From contig CAWATK010000005.1 in assembly GCA_963784915.1 (NCBI GenBank), positions 18,708 to 82,707 of the forward strand: 64,000 nucleotides of DNA, given 5' to 3'. Position 1 is the first letter of the stretch. Each line of letters starts with the position of its first letter. Source of the DNA: an uncultured Chloroflexia bacterium. GTDB lineage: Bacteria > Chloroflexota > Anaerolineae > Anaerolineales > Villigracilaceae. The notes under the pieces were generated by a model. That model was not told the origin of the DNA and did no database searches. It worked only from the letters and a program-made list of their open reading frames with translations. Shown piece after piece: positions 1 to 9,364 of the stretch. Position numbers and translations under genes: made by a program.

Positions 1-1
1 G

Positions 2-85
2 GGCATGTTCCTCTTCCTGCTCACGCTCGTGTTGAATTTCATCAGCCAACGCGTGGTGCGGCACTTTCGCGAGGTTTACGAATGA
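2..85 (+). CDS. pstC: Phosphate ABC transporter permease PstC, C-terminal end only (gene runs off the left edge)
   Basis: Frame 2 reads ...[27 protein letters not shown]. The TGA at 83-85 is overlapped by the ATG at 82 (ATGA coupling). It lies directly upstream of pstA-pstB-phoU, and the call rests mainly on that context. Confidence 0.6.
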   Translation, partial: GMFLFLLTLVLNFISQRVVRHFREVYE

Positions 86-1327
86 CTTCCGTGCTGCAGG
101 CGCCGCGCGACTACGACGTCGACCTGCCGGGACGAAGGCGTCGCGGACTCTGTGTGGCGTTGGCTCTTTCAGGCATCAACGGTTGTGGGCGTCATAGCCC
201 TGGTTACGCTGCTTCTGAACATCACCAATGGCGCATTTGGTTACGTGGCCTTGCAGGCCCGCGTGGACCCGAATTCATTGGCCATCGACGGCATCTCGTT
301 GGAACAGCAGACGAAAACGCAGCTCGTTGACCTTCTGCGCACGAAGCTGTCGGCAGCTGCGTTTAACAAGCTGCAGAAGGACCGACCGTTCGAACAGCGC
401 CCGCGCACGGATGTGTACGGCCTTGTTCTGGAGCGCGTCGTTCGCTATGACGTGATCGACTCCTGGAACTTGTGGGAGTCCCTGGCGCGTGGCAATCAGC
501 TGCGGGCCGATACGTTGGCCGAGCACCCCCAGGCGCTGTTTCGGTTTCGGGCATGGCTGAATCGGGATTTTGTCGCAGGCCCCCAGACCAGCGTTGCCAT
601 CACGGCCGGGATCCGAACTGCCATACTCGGAACCCTATGGACCATCCTGTTTACCCTGCTGTTGGCTTTCCCGATGGGCGTTGGGGCGGCCATTTACCTT
701 GAGGAATATGCAGGCAATACCTGGATCAATCGGCTGATCCAGACGAACATCAACAACCTGGCTGGGGTGCCGTCCATCGTATACGGCATGCTGGGACTAG
801 CGATCTTCGTGCGGGCCCTGGAGCCGCTCACGAGTGGCGCGATCTTAGGTGTTACTGATGTGACGACGGCGAATGGCCGAACGGTCCTTTCTGCCGGCCT
901 GACCCTCGGCGTGTTGGTGTTGCCGATCATCATTATCAATGCTCAGGAGGCAATTCGAGCTGTCCCACGGTCGCTGCGCAACGCCAGCTATGGGCTCGGG
1001 GCGACCAAGTGGCAGACTACTTGGCACCACGTCCTTCCCAGCGCAATCCCGGGCATCCTAACGGGCACCATTCTCGCGATTTCGCGAGCCATCGGCGAGA
1101 CGGCTCCCCTGGTGGTGGTGGGCGCCTCCACGGCCATCAGTTTCGACCCATCATCTCCGTTTTCGAAGTTCACCACGCTCCCCATCCAGATCTATCAGTG
1201 GACCTCGCGTCCTCAACACGAATTCCGGAGCCTGGCTGCGGCGGCGATTATCGCCCTTCTGATCATGCTGCTTGGCCTGAACGCGGCTGCCATTCTGCTC
1301 CGGAATCGCTACAGCCGGAGAACATAG
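82..1327 (+). CDS. pstA: Phosphate ABC transporter permease PstA; reading frame appears broken near 145-155
   Basis: The 391-aa ORF (152-1327) has the typical PstA permease core ([29 protein letters not shown]). The ATG at 82, coupled to the pstC stop, opens a GC3-rich frame ([23 protein letters not shown]...) that must shift by one base to join ...[11 protein letters not shown]. Confidence 0.85.
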
Positions 1328-1330
1328 ACG

Positions 1331-2125
1331 ATGAGCTCTGACGCGGACACGAATACGAATGATATGGTCCTGGAAGCCCGGGGCCTGGGCATATGGTACG
1401 GGGACTTCCGTGCTGTCGTCGACGTCAACATGCCAGTACGGCGCCACAACATCACCGCCATCATTGGGCCTTCCGGATGCGGCAAGACCACATTGCTGCG
1501 CTCCTTCAACCGCATGAACGAGTTGGTGCCAGGCACGCGTGTCGAGGGTCGGTTGTACTTCGAGGGCCAGGATCTGTACGATGCCGGAGTCGACCCCGTC
1601 GAAGTGCGTTATCGCATCGGCATGGTCTTTCAAAAACCAAATCCCTTCCCCAAGACCATCTATGAGAACATAGCCTGGGCCGCTCGGATCCATGGTTTCA
1701 AGGGTAAGATGGACGACCTGGTCCAATCCTGCCTGCTGCAGGCCGCGCTGTGGGAGGAGGTGAAGGACAAGCTGCACCAGTCCGGGTTGGCCCTTTCTGG
1801 CGGACAGCAACAGCGCCTGTGCATCGCGCGCGCTCTGGCGGTTCAGCCGGAGGTGATCCTGATGGACGAACCCGCCTCGGCGCTGGATCCGATCGCCACC
1901 TTGCGAATCGAAGAGCTGATGCAGGAGCTCAAGAAGCAGTACACGATCGTCATCGTCACACACAATATGCAGCAGGCCGCTCGGGTTTCTGACGTGACAG
2001 CCATGATGATGCTGACCGAGGGTTCCCGATCCGGCACGGTGATAGAAATCGGCGAAACGACGTCCATGTTCACGACGCCCGTTGACAAGCGGACCGAGGA
2101 CTATGTCACGGGGCGCTACGGCTAG
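1331..2125 (+). CDS. pstB: Phosphate import ATP-binding protein PstB
   Basis: Walker [13 protein letters not shown] signature [14 protein letters not shown] and Walker [12 protein letters not shown]. The C-terminal ...[10 protein letters not shown] is typical of PstB. It follows pstA by 3 nt. Confidence 0.95.
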   Translation: MSSDADTNTNDMVLEARGLGIWYGDFRAVVDVNMPVRRHNITAIIGPSGCGKTTLLRSFNRMNELVPGTRVEGRLYFEGQDLYDAGVDPVEVRYRIGMVFQKPNPFPKTIYENIAWAARIHGFKGKMDDLVQSCLLQAALWEEVKDKLHQSGLALSGGQQQRLCIARALAVQPEVILMDEPASALDPIATLRIEELMQELKKQYTIVIVTHNMQQAARVSDVTAMMMLTEGSRSGTVIEIGETTSMFTTPVDKRTEDYVTGRYG

Positions 2126-2137
2126 AGGAGGCGACAG

Positions 2138-2851
2138 ATGATGGAATCTGGCGAGACACGTCCTGCACCCACGCTGAGGAAGACCTTCGCAGCTGAGCTT
2201 CAGCAGGTGAAGGACAGCGTCCTGCTGCTCGGCAGCATGGTCGAGCATTCGATCATCGAGTCGGTCGACGCCCTCAAGAAACGCGACCTGGCCGCGGCTC
2301 AACGCATTCTGAAGGGGGACCAGGACATCAACAAGAAGCGCTTCGATATCGAGGCCCAGCTGCTGATCCTCATCGCCACCCAACAACCCATGGCGCACGA
2401 TCTGCGCCTGCTGGCCTCGTGCCTGGAGATCATCTCGGAACTGGAGCGGATGGGGGATTACTCCAAGGGAATCGCCAACATCAACATCCGCATGGGGGAT
2501 GAACCCCTGCTCAAACCCCTGATCGATGTGCCGCGCATGGCGCAGAAGGGCGCGGACATGCTCCATCGGGCGCTCACGGCGTTTGTCAACGAGGACGTGG
2601 ATGCGGCCAGGACCATCCCCGTCGAAGATGACGAGGTGGACGCGTTGTTCAACCAGGTCTATCGGGAACTCATGACGATCGTCATCAACGACCCGAAGGT
2701 CATTGAGAGGGCTAACTGGCTATTGTGGACCGCGCATAACCTTGAGCGGTTCGCGGATCGGGTGACCAACATCTGCGAGCGCACGGTGTTCGTCGTAACG
2801 GGCCATATTGCCGAGATCAACGACAGCGACAGCGAGTTTTGGCGAAAGTAG
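2138..2851 (+). CDS. phoU: Phosphate signalling complex protein PhoU
   Basis: 237 aa with two PhoU repeats (ELERMGDYSKGIA ... NLERFADRVTNICE). It is the last gene of the pst operon. Confidence 0.9.
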   Translation: MMESGETRPAPTLRKTFAAELQQVKDSVLLLGSMVEHSIIESVDALKKRDLAAAQRILKGDQDINKKRFDIEAQLLILIATQQPMAHDLRLLASCLEIISELERMGDYSKGIANINIRMGDEPLLKPLIDVPRMAQKGADMLHRALTAFVNEDVDAARTIPVEDDEVDALFNQVYRELMTIVINDPKVIERANWLLWTAHNLERFADRVTNICERTVFVVTGHIAEINDSDSEFWRK

Positions 2852-2882
2852 CCTTGCAGCCCCGGGGCACCGGGGTGCAAGG
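2852..2882 (+). terminator. GC-rich hairpin just after the phoU stop (possible terminator, no U-tract)
   Basis: CCTTGCA-g-CCCCGG ggca CCGGGG-TGCAAGG gives a 13-bp stem with one bulge, starting 1 nt after the TAG. It sits between convergent genes. Confidence 0.35.
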
Positions 2883-2996
2883 GTCTGCTCGCTGCAGCGC
2901 AACGGAGTTGAGACCAAACCCACAATCAAGGACACCGCCGTGACAATCGTGGCGGCGGCGTCGCATGAGTTGAGGTGACGCGGGGCACAGCGAGGC

Positions 2997-4412
2997 CTAG
3001 CGCGTCTTCCCCTGTCGTGCTTTCTGACGCGGCGCGGTGCCGCGAAAAGGGGGAACGGCGATGCTGACGATGCGGCACAGGTGCTCGTCGCGTAGTCTGG
3101 AGGCCAGACGTGGGTCCAGGCTGACGAGCGAATCGGCGGCGATGGTGATAACCGTTGGAAGCTCCGCGTTGGAGCGATAGCCGAACAGCTGGTAGAGCTT
3201 CTCGCGCACCCACGGGGTCATGGATTGTGTGCCCAGGTCATCCAGAATCAGGAGCCGTGTGGTGCGTATCTCCTCAAAGCGGCGATCAAACGTCGTGGAG
3301 CTGGACGGACTAAACGTGGCGCGTAAGTGGTCGAGCAAGTCCGGCACCATCACAAAAAGGGGCGGTTCGCCTTTCTGGGCAAGCTCGTTGGCAATGGCTG
3401 CGGCCAGATGAGTCTTGCCAGACGCATAGTCGCCGCTGAAGACCAACCATCCGCGGGGGTCTTGCGCGTATTCCTGGGCCGCGTTCAGGGCCTCACGGAG
3501 CGAGCGCTGCGCCGGTGGATTGAGATCCTCGTCCTTGCGGAGCGTGAAGCTTTCCAAAGTCCGGCGCGCATGCAAGTCCAATGAGGACAGCTCGGGGTGG
3601 GCGGTGTCGTCCATTGGCCGGCGGTAGTCCGGAGCCAGAATCCGCACCTGGGTCACGAGTTCGGGATCGGCCAGCCGGGAACGAATGCGCTCATCGATCT
3701 CGCCCAGGAGCAGGTTGGTGGTGACCACCGTGGGCAGCTTGTTGATGTAGCGGTAGTTCATGATCTGGAAGAGCTTCTCGCGAGCCCAGCCTGAAGCGTT
3801 CTGGGTGCCAAAGTCATCGAGCACCAGCAGCTGCGCGTTGCGGATCTCCTCGAAACGCTGCTCAAAGGTCGTATCCTCACTGTCGAAGGATGCACGCAGC
3901 GCATCCAGCAGATCTGGGACCGTGAGAAACAGGGTCGGAACGCCGAGGTCAACCGCGTAGTTGGCCGCCGCGGCAGCCAGGTGGGTCTTGCCGCAGCCCG
4001 CGCCGCCTTGCAGGAACAGCCAGCCGTTCAGGTGCTCGGCATGATGTCGCGCCTGGTTATAGGCCACCTGTAGTGAATTGGCCTGGCGCTCTCCGATGCC
4101 CGGCCGGCCATGCGGCTTGAAACTCTCAAATGTCAGGGAGCGCAGCTCGTCCAGGTGGCTTAGCGCAAACAAGCGATCCCGGGCGACGCTAGCCACCTGA
4201 CGCCTGCGGCAGACGCAGACAAACACCTCTCCAAAATCCGGGTGGCCAACCGCCACGTCCTTGCGCAAATACCCAACGCCGTGGCAGTGGGGGCAGTTCG
4301 GATCGCCCAGCGTATCGCTGAGAGGTTCAGCCGCGGATGAATTTGCGGATCTTTTCTTCAACGTCTCGCTGGCGAGCTGCCTGATCGTCTCGTCGATTCT
4401 GCTTCGCGCCAC
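2997..4412 (-). CDS. Tandem-duplicated DnaC/DnaI/IstB-like AAA+ ATPase (putative helicase loader) with an N-terminal Cys-rich motif
   Basis: There are two Walker A sites (GGAGCGKTH, GDYASGKTH) and two Walker B sites (LLVLDDFG, LLILDDLG). The two halves align over about 190 aa. The N-terminus carries CPHCHG...VCVC. It is the last gene of the dnaB operon. The start is uncertain because it overlaps the upstream gene by 86 nt. Confidence 0.8.
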   Translation of the reverse strand: MARSRIDETIRQLASETLKKRSANSSAAEPLSDTLGDPNCPHCHGVGYLRKDVAVGHPDFGEVFVCVCRRRQVASVARDRLFALSHLDELRSLTFESFKPHGRPGIGERQANSLQVAYNQARHHAEHLNGWLFLQGGAGCGKTHLAAAAANYAVDLGVPTLFLTVPDLLDALRASFDSEDTTFEQRFEEIRNAQLLVLDDFGTQNASGWAREKLFQIMNYRYINKLPTVVTTNLLLGEIDERIRSRLADPELVTQVRILAPDYRRPMDDTAHPELSSLDLHARRTLESFTLRKDEDLNPPAQRSLREALNAAQEYAQDPRGWLVFSGDYASGKTHLAAAIANELAQKGEPPLFVMVPDLLDHLRATFSPSSSTTFDRRFEEIRTTRLLILDDLGTQSMTPWVREKLYQLFGYRSNAELPTVITIAADSLVSLDPRLASRLRDEHLCRIVSIAVPPFRGTAPRQKARQGKTR

Positions 4413-4992
4413 GGCCTTCTTCCTTCCACCGTCTGAGTATCGCCTCGCAATAGCTCCAACTGCGTTTGTTGTTTTTCACTGCAAGTTCAATGGCCTCGCC
4501 GATCCATTCCGCAGGAAACGATTCCTCCGCGTCCTTGAGTGCATCCGCAATCAGCGGAGTGAGCGGTCCGATATTCTGCTCGTACAGGCCAAAGATATTG
4601 GGGCGCTCCAAGGGTGCGGAGGATATGCTCTCGTCGCCTCGCCACCTGCCTTCAGCAATGGCTTGCGCCGAGGCCCGTCCGGCTGGTGAGTTCAGCAGAT
4701 AGCGCCTCCCCGTGCCCGTGCCGGCCAGCAGCAGAATCTGATCGGCGATGGCCCGCTCCAATCCAGCGTCGATCTGAGGCCCATCCAGTCCGATCTCCGC
4801 CTCCGAAAAGTCCTCGCGGTTGAGCGCCTTGACATCGCTATCCATGTGCTGAATCCGCCACAGGGCGTATAGCACGACCTTCAGTTCCGGCAGATCCTGC
4901 AACGCCGGGAGGAGCTGCGCAAACAAAGAATCCGGTATCGCTATAGTCGCCTCAGAATCTCCAAAACCCGGAAACGCATTCGGTGCGGGCAT
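4327..4992 (-). CDS. DnaD/DnaB_2-domain replication protein (DnaD-like)
   Basis: The C-terminal region FGLYEQNIGPLTPLIADALKDAEESFPAEWIGEAIELAVKNNKRSWSYCEAILRRWKEEG matches the DnaD C-terminal domain pattern. The ATG at 4992 lies 8 nt after the dnaB stop. Confidence 0.65.
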   Translation of the reverse strand: MPAPNAFPGFGDSEATIAIPDSLFAQLLPALQDLPELKVVLYALWRIQHMDSDVKALNREDFSEAEIGLDGPQIDAGLERAIADQILLLAGTGTGRRYLLNSPAGRASAQAIAEGRWRGDESISSAPLERPNIFGLYEQNIGPLTPLIADALKDAEESFPAEWIGEAIELAVKNNKRSWSYCEAILRRWKEEGRGAKQNRRDDQAARQRDVEEKIRKFIRG

Positions 4993-5002
4993 GCGGATCG
5001 GC

Positions 5003-6367
5003 TCAGCCCTGCTCCCAAGTCGCCGCATTCTCGAACTTGGCCAGTTGGGTGCGGAACAGAAGGGTCACATCGTCGGTCGGTCCGTTCCTGTGCTTGGCCA
5101 CCCGGAGCCTGACCTGATTCCGTTTGGCCTCGTCGTCCTCCCAGGCCTCTGGCCGATAGAGGAACATCACAATGTCGGAGTCCTGCTCCAGGGAACCTGA
5201 TTCGCGCAGATCAGAGAGTTGCGGTTCCTTGTCGGCGCGCTGTTCGATCGCGCGGCTCAGTTGCGCCGCGGCCAGAACTGGGACATTCAGTTCACGCGCC
5301 AGCACCTTCAAGTTTCGGGAGATATACGAGACCTCTTGAACCCGATTATCGGTCCGGGTGTCGCCAGTCATCAACTGCAGATAATCGACAATGATCAGGT
5401 CCAGCCTGTGTTCCAGGTGCAGCCGGCGGCATTTTGTGCGCAGCTGGATCGGAGTGATGGCGGGCGTGTCATCCAGGAAGATCTGGGTCTCGGACAACTT
5501 CTCCACGGCTTCAGCCAGCAGGCCAAAGCCATTCTCATCCAGGCTCCCCGTGCGGAGATTCTGGGAGACGATGCCCGTCTGCTGGGAAATGAGGCGCTCT
5601 GCTACCTGTGAGTTGGACATCTCCAGGGAGAAGACCGCCACGTGTTTCTTGTGGATCAGGGCGGCGTTCTTCGCCACTGAAAGCAGGAAGCCGGTCTTGC
5701 CCTGTCCCGGACGGCCTGCGATGATCAGAAGATCGGAAGGCTGCAGTCCACGCAGGAGCTTGTCGAGGTCCAGAAAGCCGGTGGGAACGCCGAGGATCTC
5801 TTCGCCCCGTCGTGCGGCTTCATCGATGCGGTCGTAGTAGTCGCGCAGCACATCTCGAATCGGCTGCACGTCATGGCGCAGCCGGCGTTCGCTGACATTA
5901 AACACGGCCTTCTCGGCCTCGTCCATCACGTTGTCGATCTGGAGGTCTTCGTTATAGGCGACTGAGGCAATGGAATTGGCTGCCGTGATCATCCTGCGGC
6001 GGATGGCATGCCCCTCTACGATGTGCGCGTAGGCCGCCGCGTTCAATGAACTCGGCACCTGGTTCACCAGGGTGGTAAGAAAGGAGCGTCCACCGATCTC
6101 CTCAAGCTGCCCCTTGCGTTCAAGTTCCTCGGTAAGCGTCAGAAGGTCGATGGGTATGCGCTGTTCGTGCAGGCTCGTAAAGGCCTCCCAGATCCACCGG
6201 TGCCGATGGATGTAGAAATCGTCGGCCTGCAGAAACTGGGCCACGTCGTAGTAGACCTCGGGATTAATGAGGACCGCCCCCACGACGGCTTCCTCAGATT
6301 CCCGATTATGCGGGACGCCAGGTGCTGCTGGGGGGGCGGTGGTTTCAGCTGGAGGGAACTCGGTCAT
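5003..6367 (-). CDS. dnaB: Replicative DNA helicase DnaB
   Basis: 454 aa. The N-terminal PHNRESEEAVVGAVLINPE, Walker A GRPGQGKTGF, LIIVDYLQLM and RESGSLEQDSDIV are typical of DnaB. Confidence 0.95.
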   Translation of the reverse strand: MTEFPPAETTAPPAAPGVPHNRESEEAVVGAVLINPEVYYDVAQFLQADDFYIHRHRWIWEAFTSLHEQRIPIDLLTLTEELERKGQLEEIGGRSFLTTLVNQVPSSLNAAAYAHIVEGHAIRRRMITAANSIASVAYNEDLQIDNVMDEAEKAVFNVSERRLRHDVQPIRDVLRDYYDRIDEAARRGEEILGVPTGFLDLDKLLRGLQPSDLLIIAGRPGQGKTGFLLSVAKNAALIHKKHVAVFSLEMSNSQVAERLISQQTGIVSQNLRTGSLDENGFGLLAEAVEKLSETQIFLDDTPAITPIQLRTKCRRLHLEHRLDLIIVDYLQLMTGDTRTDNRVQEVSYISRNLKVLARELNVPVLAAAQLSRAIEQRADKEPQLSDLRESGSLEQDSDIVMFLYRPEAWEDDEAKRNQVRLRVAKHRNGPTDDVTLLFRTQLAKFENAATWEQG

Positions 6368-7008
6368 TTCTTCCTGGGTCTCTTGGGCTTGTCGGGTTTG
6401 TCCGCTCCCGGTTCCGGCCCGGGTTCTTCCTCGTCGTCATCGGGCTTGTCTGCGCCCGGGGGAGCACCCTTGTCCAGCCTATCCAGATCCAACTTGCCGA
6501 GAAAATCCTCGAAGACCGAGAGGCGCTCTGAGTTGACCTCTCCCACAGGCGGCAGGGACACGCTGGGTTTGGGCCGGCTCGAGCTGCCGCCGGTTGATTC
6601 AACGTTCGCCTCTGGAGTGATCCCAGCGCTCTGCATGACGGCATCGTCGACCAGGATCGGAACGTGGGCGCGTACGGCCAGGGCAATGGCATCGGATGGG
6701 CGCGAGTCCACTTTCGTCTCGTATCCGCCGACATCCGCTACGATGTTGCCGTAGAAGATATCTTCCTTGAGGGAAACGATCTCGATGCGCTTGAGTTTGG
6801 CGTTGAGTGTGTTGAATACGTTCCTGAGCAGGTCGTGGGTCAGAGGGCGGATCATCTCCACCTCCTGCAGGGCCACCGTGATGGCCTCTGCCTCGTATTG
6901 ACCCACCCAGATCGGCAGATAGCGGTCTGCGCCGACCTCGCGCAATATCACCAGCCGCTGAGGCGACATGAGATTCACACGAACGCTGTCAATTGTGACT
7001 TCGATCAT
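6364..7008 (-). CDS. Bifunctional nuclease (BFN/DUF151) family protein with an acidic and Lys/Pro-rich tail
   Basis: The N-terminal 130 aa (PIWVGQYEAEAITVALQEVEMIRPLTHDLL ... DSRPSDAIALAVRAHVPILV) match the BFN pattern. Its stop overlaps the dnaB ATG (ATGA at 6364-6367). Confidence 0.8.
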   Translation of the reverse strand: MIEVTIDSVRVNLMSPQRLVILREVGADRYLPIWVGQYEAEAITVALQEVEMIRPLTHDLLRNVFNTLNAKLKRIEIVSLKEDIFYGNIVADVGGYETKVDSRPSDAIALAVRAHVPILVDDAVMQSAGITPEANVESTGGSSSRPKPSVSLPPVGEVNSERLSVFEDFLGKLDLDRLDKGAPPGADKPDDDEEEPGPEPGADKPDKPKRPRKK

Positions 7009-7112
7009 TCGGGCACTCCGGGAACAAGCAATTCTAACATGTGCCCTCCCGGGCCGGCCTTAACGGCCGCCCAGATCCGCGCAGCCCGAACCACGAACTC
7101 GGCCGCGCACGC

Positions 7113-8227
7113 TCAGGCGTCCAGATGATAGGTGTGAAAGCCGTTCTGGCAGGGATTACCCCAGCAGATGTGCATTTCGCGCGCCGTCAGATCGATCACC
7201 AGTGCACTGATGGTCTTCTCGCGATCCAGCGGATCGGTCCACTCGACCGCATGGTTGCAGATCGAATTGGGTAGATTGACATGGTCCTTCTGTATCGCTT
7301 GCATGGACTTGATGGTGTGGGCCGCATTCTCGCGCAACAGCCGGTTGGCGCGGAAGTAGCGCAACACGCGACGAGATCAGCTCTTCCGGATCGCGCTCGA
7401 TGGCCTTCATCGTGTCCGCCAGATAGTGGTTGGTGTGCACCATGTAGCCATCGGTGCCATGCAGAATCTCGAAGCGGGTCGCGGAGACTTCGATGGAGTA
7501 CATCTCGCCGCTTTCGTGGGCGATGAGGTGGTTGTACCCGGCTGCCCGATGGGTCACTAGGGCGCGTCCAATGGCGCCTGAGATCCGCTTGGCGGCCAGG
7601 ACGGCGCGTGCCACCACCAGCCTCGGTATCCCGATGCGTCGAGTCCGAAGGATAGACCGTGTCGATCAGCTGCGCGATGCCATGGGCGTTGAGACCCACG
7701 TTGGGCAGCAGGCCCCCGTACGTCATCGCCAGGAAAGGGGCCTCGTCGTTCGGCTTGACAAGAACGACGAACACATCATCTTCATCCTCAGGGATCCAAT
7801 CCTCCGTGTGGGCGGCCAGGACGTGCCCGTCAGCGGTTCGCTGCTCGTTCACGGCGAAGCTCGTGCAGCGCGTCAGGTGCAAGGCGTCCATCGTGACCGC
7901 CTCCATGGTGTTCAGTGCAAAGACATCGTCAAAGGCGACGTGGGCGCCCTCCGCGATACCACGCAGTTCATCCCCGTATTGCGGGTAGCGCTCCTCCACA
8001 AACGGCAGATACTTGCGCGCCTGGATTTGGGCGCCTTCCCAGGTAAGCTCGAGTTGATCGTACGTTTGATCGATCAGTTCCCGGGCATTGGCTATGCTGT
8101 GGCGGATCTGCTCACGCCGCGCCTCACCCATCTGCCGGCCGATCTCGCCGTGAGTGCCCTTCAGTTCGATCAGTGGGGGCGGGGTGGTGTGAACAGGGGT
8201 GTTGGGAACTTCAATTCGGGGGAACAT
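7113..8227 (-). pseudogene. Peptidase C45 / acyl-CoA:6-aminopenicillanic acid acyltransferase-like gene, interrupted by two frameshifts
   Basis: The protein is spread over three frames: 8227-~7640 (...HLTRCTSFAV...GLNAHGIAQLIDTVYPSDS), ~7636-~7372 (RIGIPRLVVARAVL...TNHYLADTMKAIERDPEELISS) and 7367-7113 (LRYFRANRLLRENAAHT...). The breaks are near 7636 and 7370. Confidence 0.75.
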
Positions 8228-8280
8228 GCCGCCTCACAGATGAAAATCTGCGGTCTCGAGTGGAACGCTCGCGGCCGCAG

Positions 8281-8286
8281 ATTATA
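8281..8286 (-). promoter_or_regulatory. Perfect TATAAT -10 hexamer upstream of the C45 gene
   Basis: The minus strand reads catgtTATAATctg about 54 nt upstream of the ATG at 8227, in an intergenic spacer. No convincing -35 element. Confidence 0.3.
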
Positions 8287-8340
8287 ACATGCGAGTATTT
8301 TGGTCCCTTTTTGGACCACAAAGCGCCGAATCCCTGCGGA

Positions 8341-9364
8341 TCAAGACGCCGGGGAAATCACCTGGCCGTCAGTAGTCGCCACGATCTGTGCGGGCGCCGC
8401 AGGGACCGGACCTGGCCATGGTCTGGTGCCAAAGAGCGTCATGGTTGCGGCGCCGAGCCCCACCAGACCGATCAGGGCCGAAGCCAACCAACCCACGCAG
8501 GGTATCTGATTGGATGCCCCCAGGACTATTCCCAGCACCAGCGCTCCGAATCCGGCTGAGAGCACCGGCTCCCAGGTCCGGTGCATGGCTTGCAGTAGGC
8601 GCTCTCCGACCAATTGGCCAAGGGCGACCACCCCGAAGAGCCAGGCGAGGGCAAGCAGAATGGCCGCCGCCAGGGCCAGGGGAATGAGGATGAGCGTGAT
8701 GGCAAGGATCACGATCGCAAGCGGAGCAAGGAAGACCGTCAGGATTCCCAGGCTGCCAGCAGCAAATGGCTGTCGCGAAGCCGTCTGAGCCACGCGGTCG
8801 AGCTGTGGATGCAAGAAGGCAGTGAGCAGCATTGCGATGGCTCCGAGGCTGAGCGCCTGGAGAAGCACGGACGCCAACACACCGAGTGGACCAAAATCAG
8901 GACCGAATCTCCTTTGGGGCGGAATTGGATGCGTTGGAGCTAAGGCCGCCCTGGGCAAACCGTCGGCGGTGAAGGCAAGGTTGGTAATGATGTCGCCGCC
9001 GATTGTGGCACCGCCGGCGCGTTGAAAGTCGCCACCCAGCGCAACGAGGTCATTTCCGACGGTGCTCGAGCCACTCAAAGACGCGCTTCCGCCAATGACG
9101 ATGGCTGAATTGGATACGTCTCCATCCATTCGCAAGCTGCCACCAATAACCACCAGATTGCCATGTACTGTGGCCTCGGGCTCGATTGTGGTTTCCCCGC
9201 CGATGACAACCAGATCGCCGTCGATGGTCTCACCGCCCTTGAGCGTGAAGTTCTGACCGATGATGACTTGGCCATTCGTGGTGCCGTCATCCGCGCGGAC
9301 GCTGTCCGTTTGGCGAGGCCACGAGCACCAGAAGCATCAACCAATAGAGGATTCTCCTATTCAT
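8341..9364 (-). CDS. Membrane protein with N-terminal bactofilin-like (polymer-forming cytoskeletal) beta-helical repeats; frame broken near 9290-9335
   Basis: The ATG at 9364 overlaps the anti-sigma stop (ATGA) and encodes a signal-like MNRRILYWLMLLVLVASP. A +1 shift is then needed to reach TDSVRADDGTTNGQVIIGQNFTLKGGETIDGDLVVIGG...VIGGSLRMDGD. The C-terminal half is polytopic. Confidence 0.6.

Noticed and set aside
1151-2566. Very long antisense or alternative-frame ORFs. Examples are 1151-2566 (-), 53035-54369 (-), 37005-38066 (+), 62205-62807 (-), 22571-23120 region (-) and 9890-10672 (+).
   Set aside because: They lie opposite or out of frame to genes with clear family motifs. Their translations are Arg/Pro/Gly/Ala-rich without motifs. 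Long stop-free stretches in non-coding frames are expected in high-GC DNA.
2997-4412. IstB-like ATPase as a sign of an IS21-family insertion sequence.
   Set aside because: There is no IstA transposase, no terminal inverted repeats and no target duplication. The gene is translationally packed into the dnaB operon, so a replication role is far more likely.
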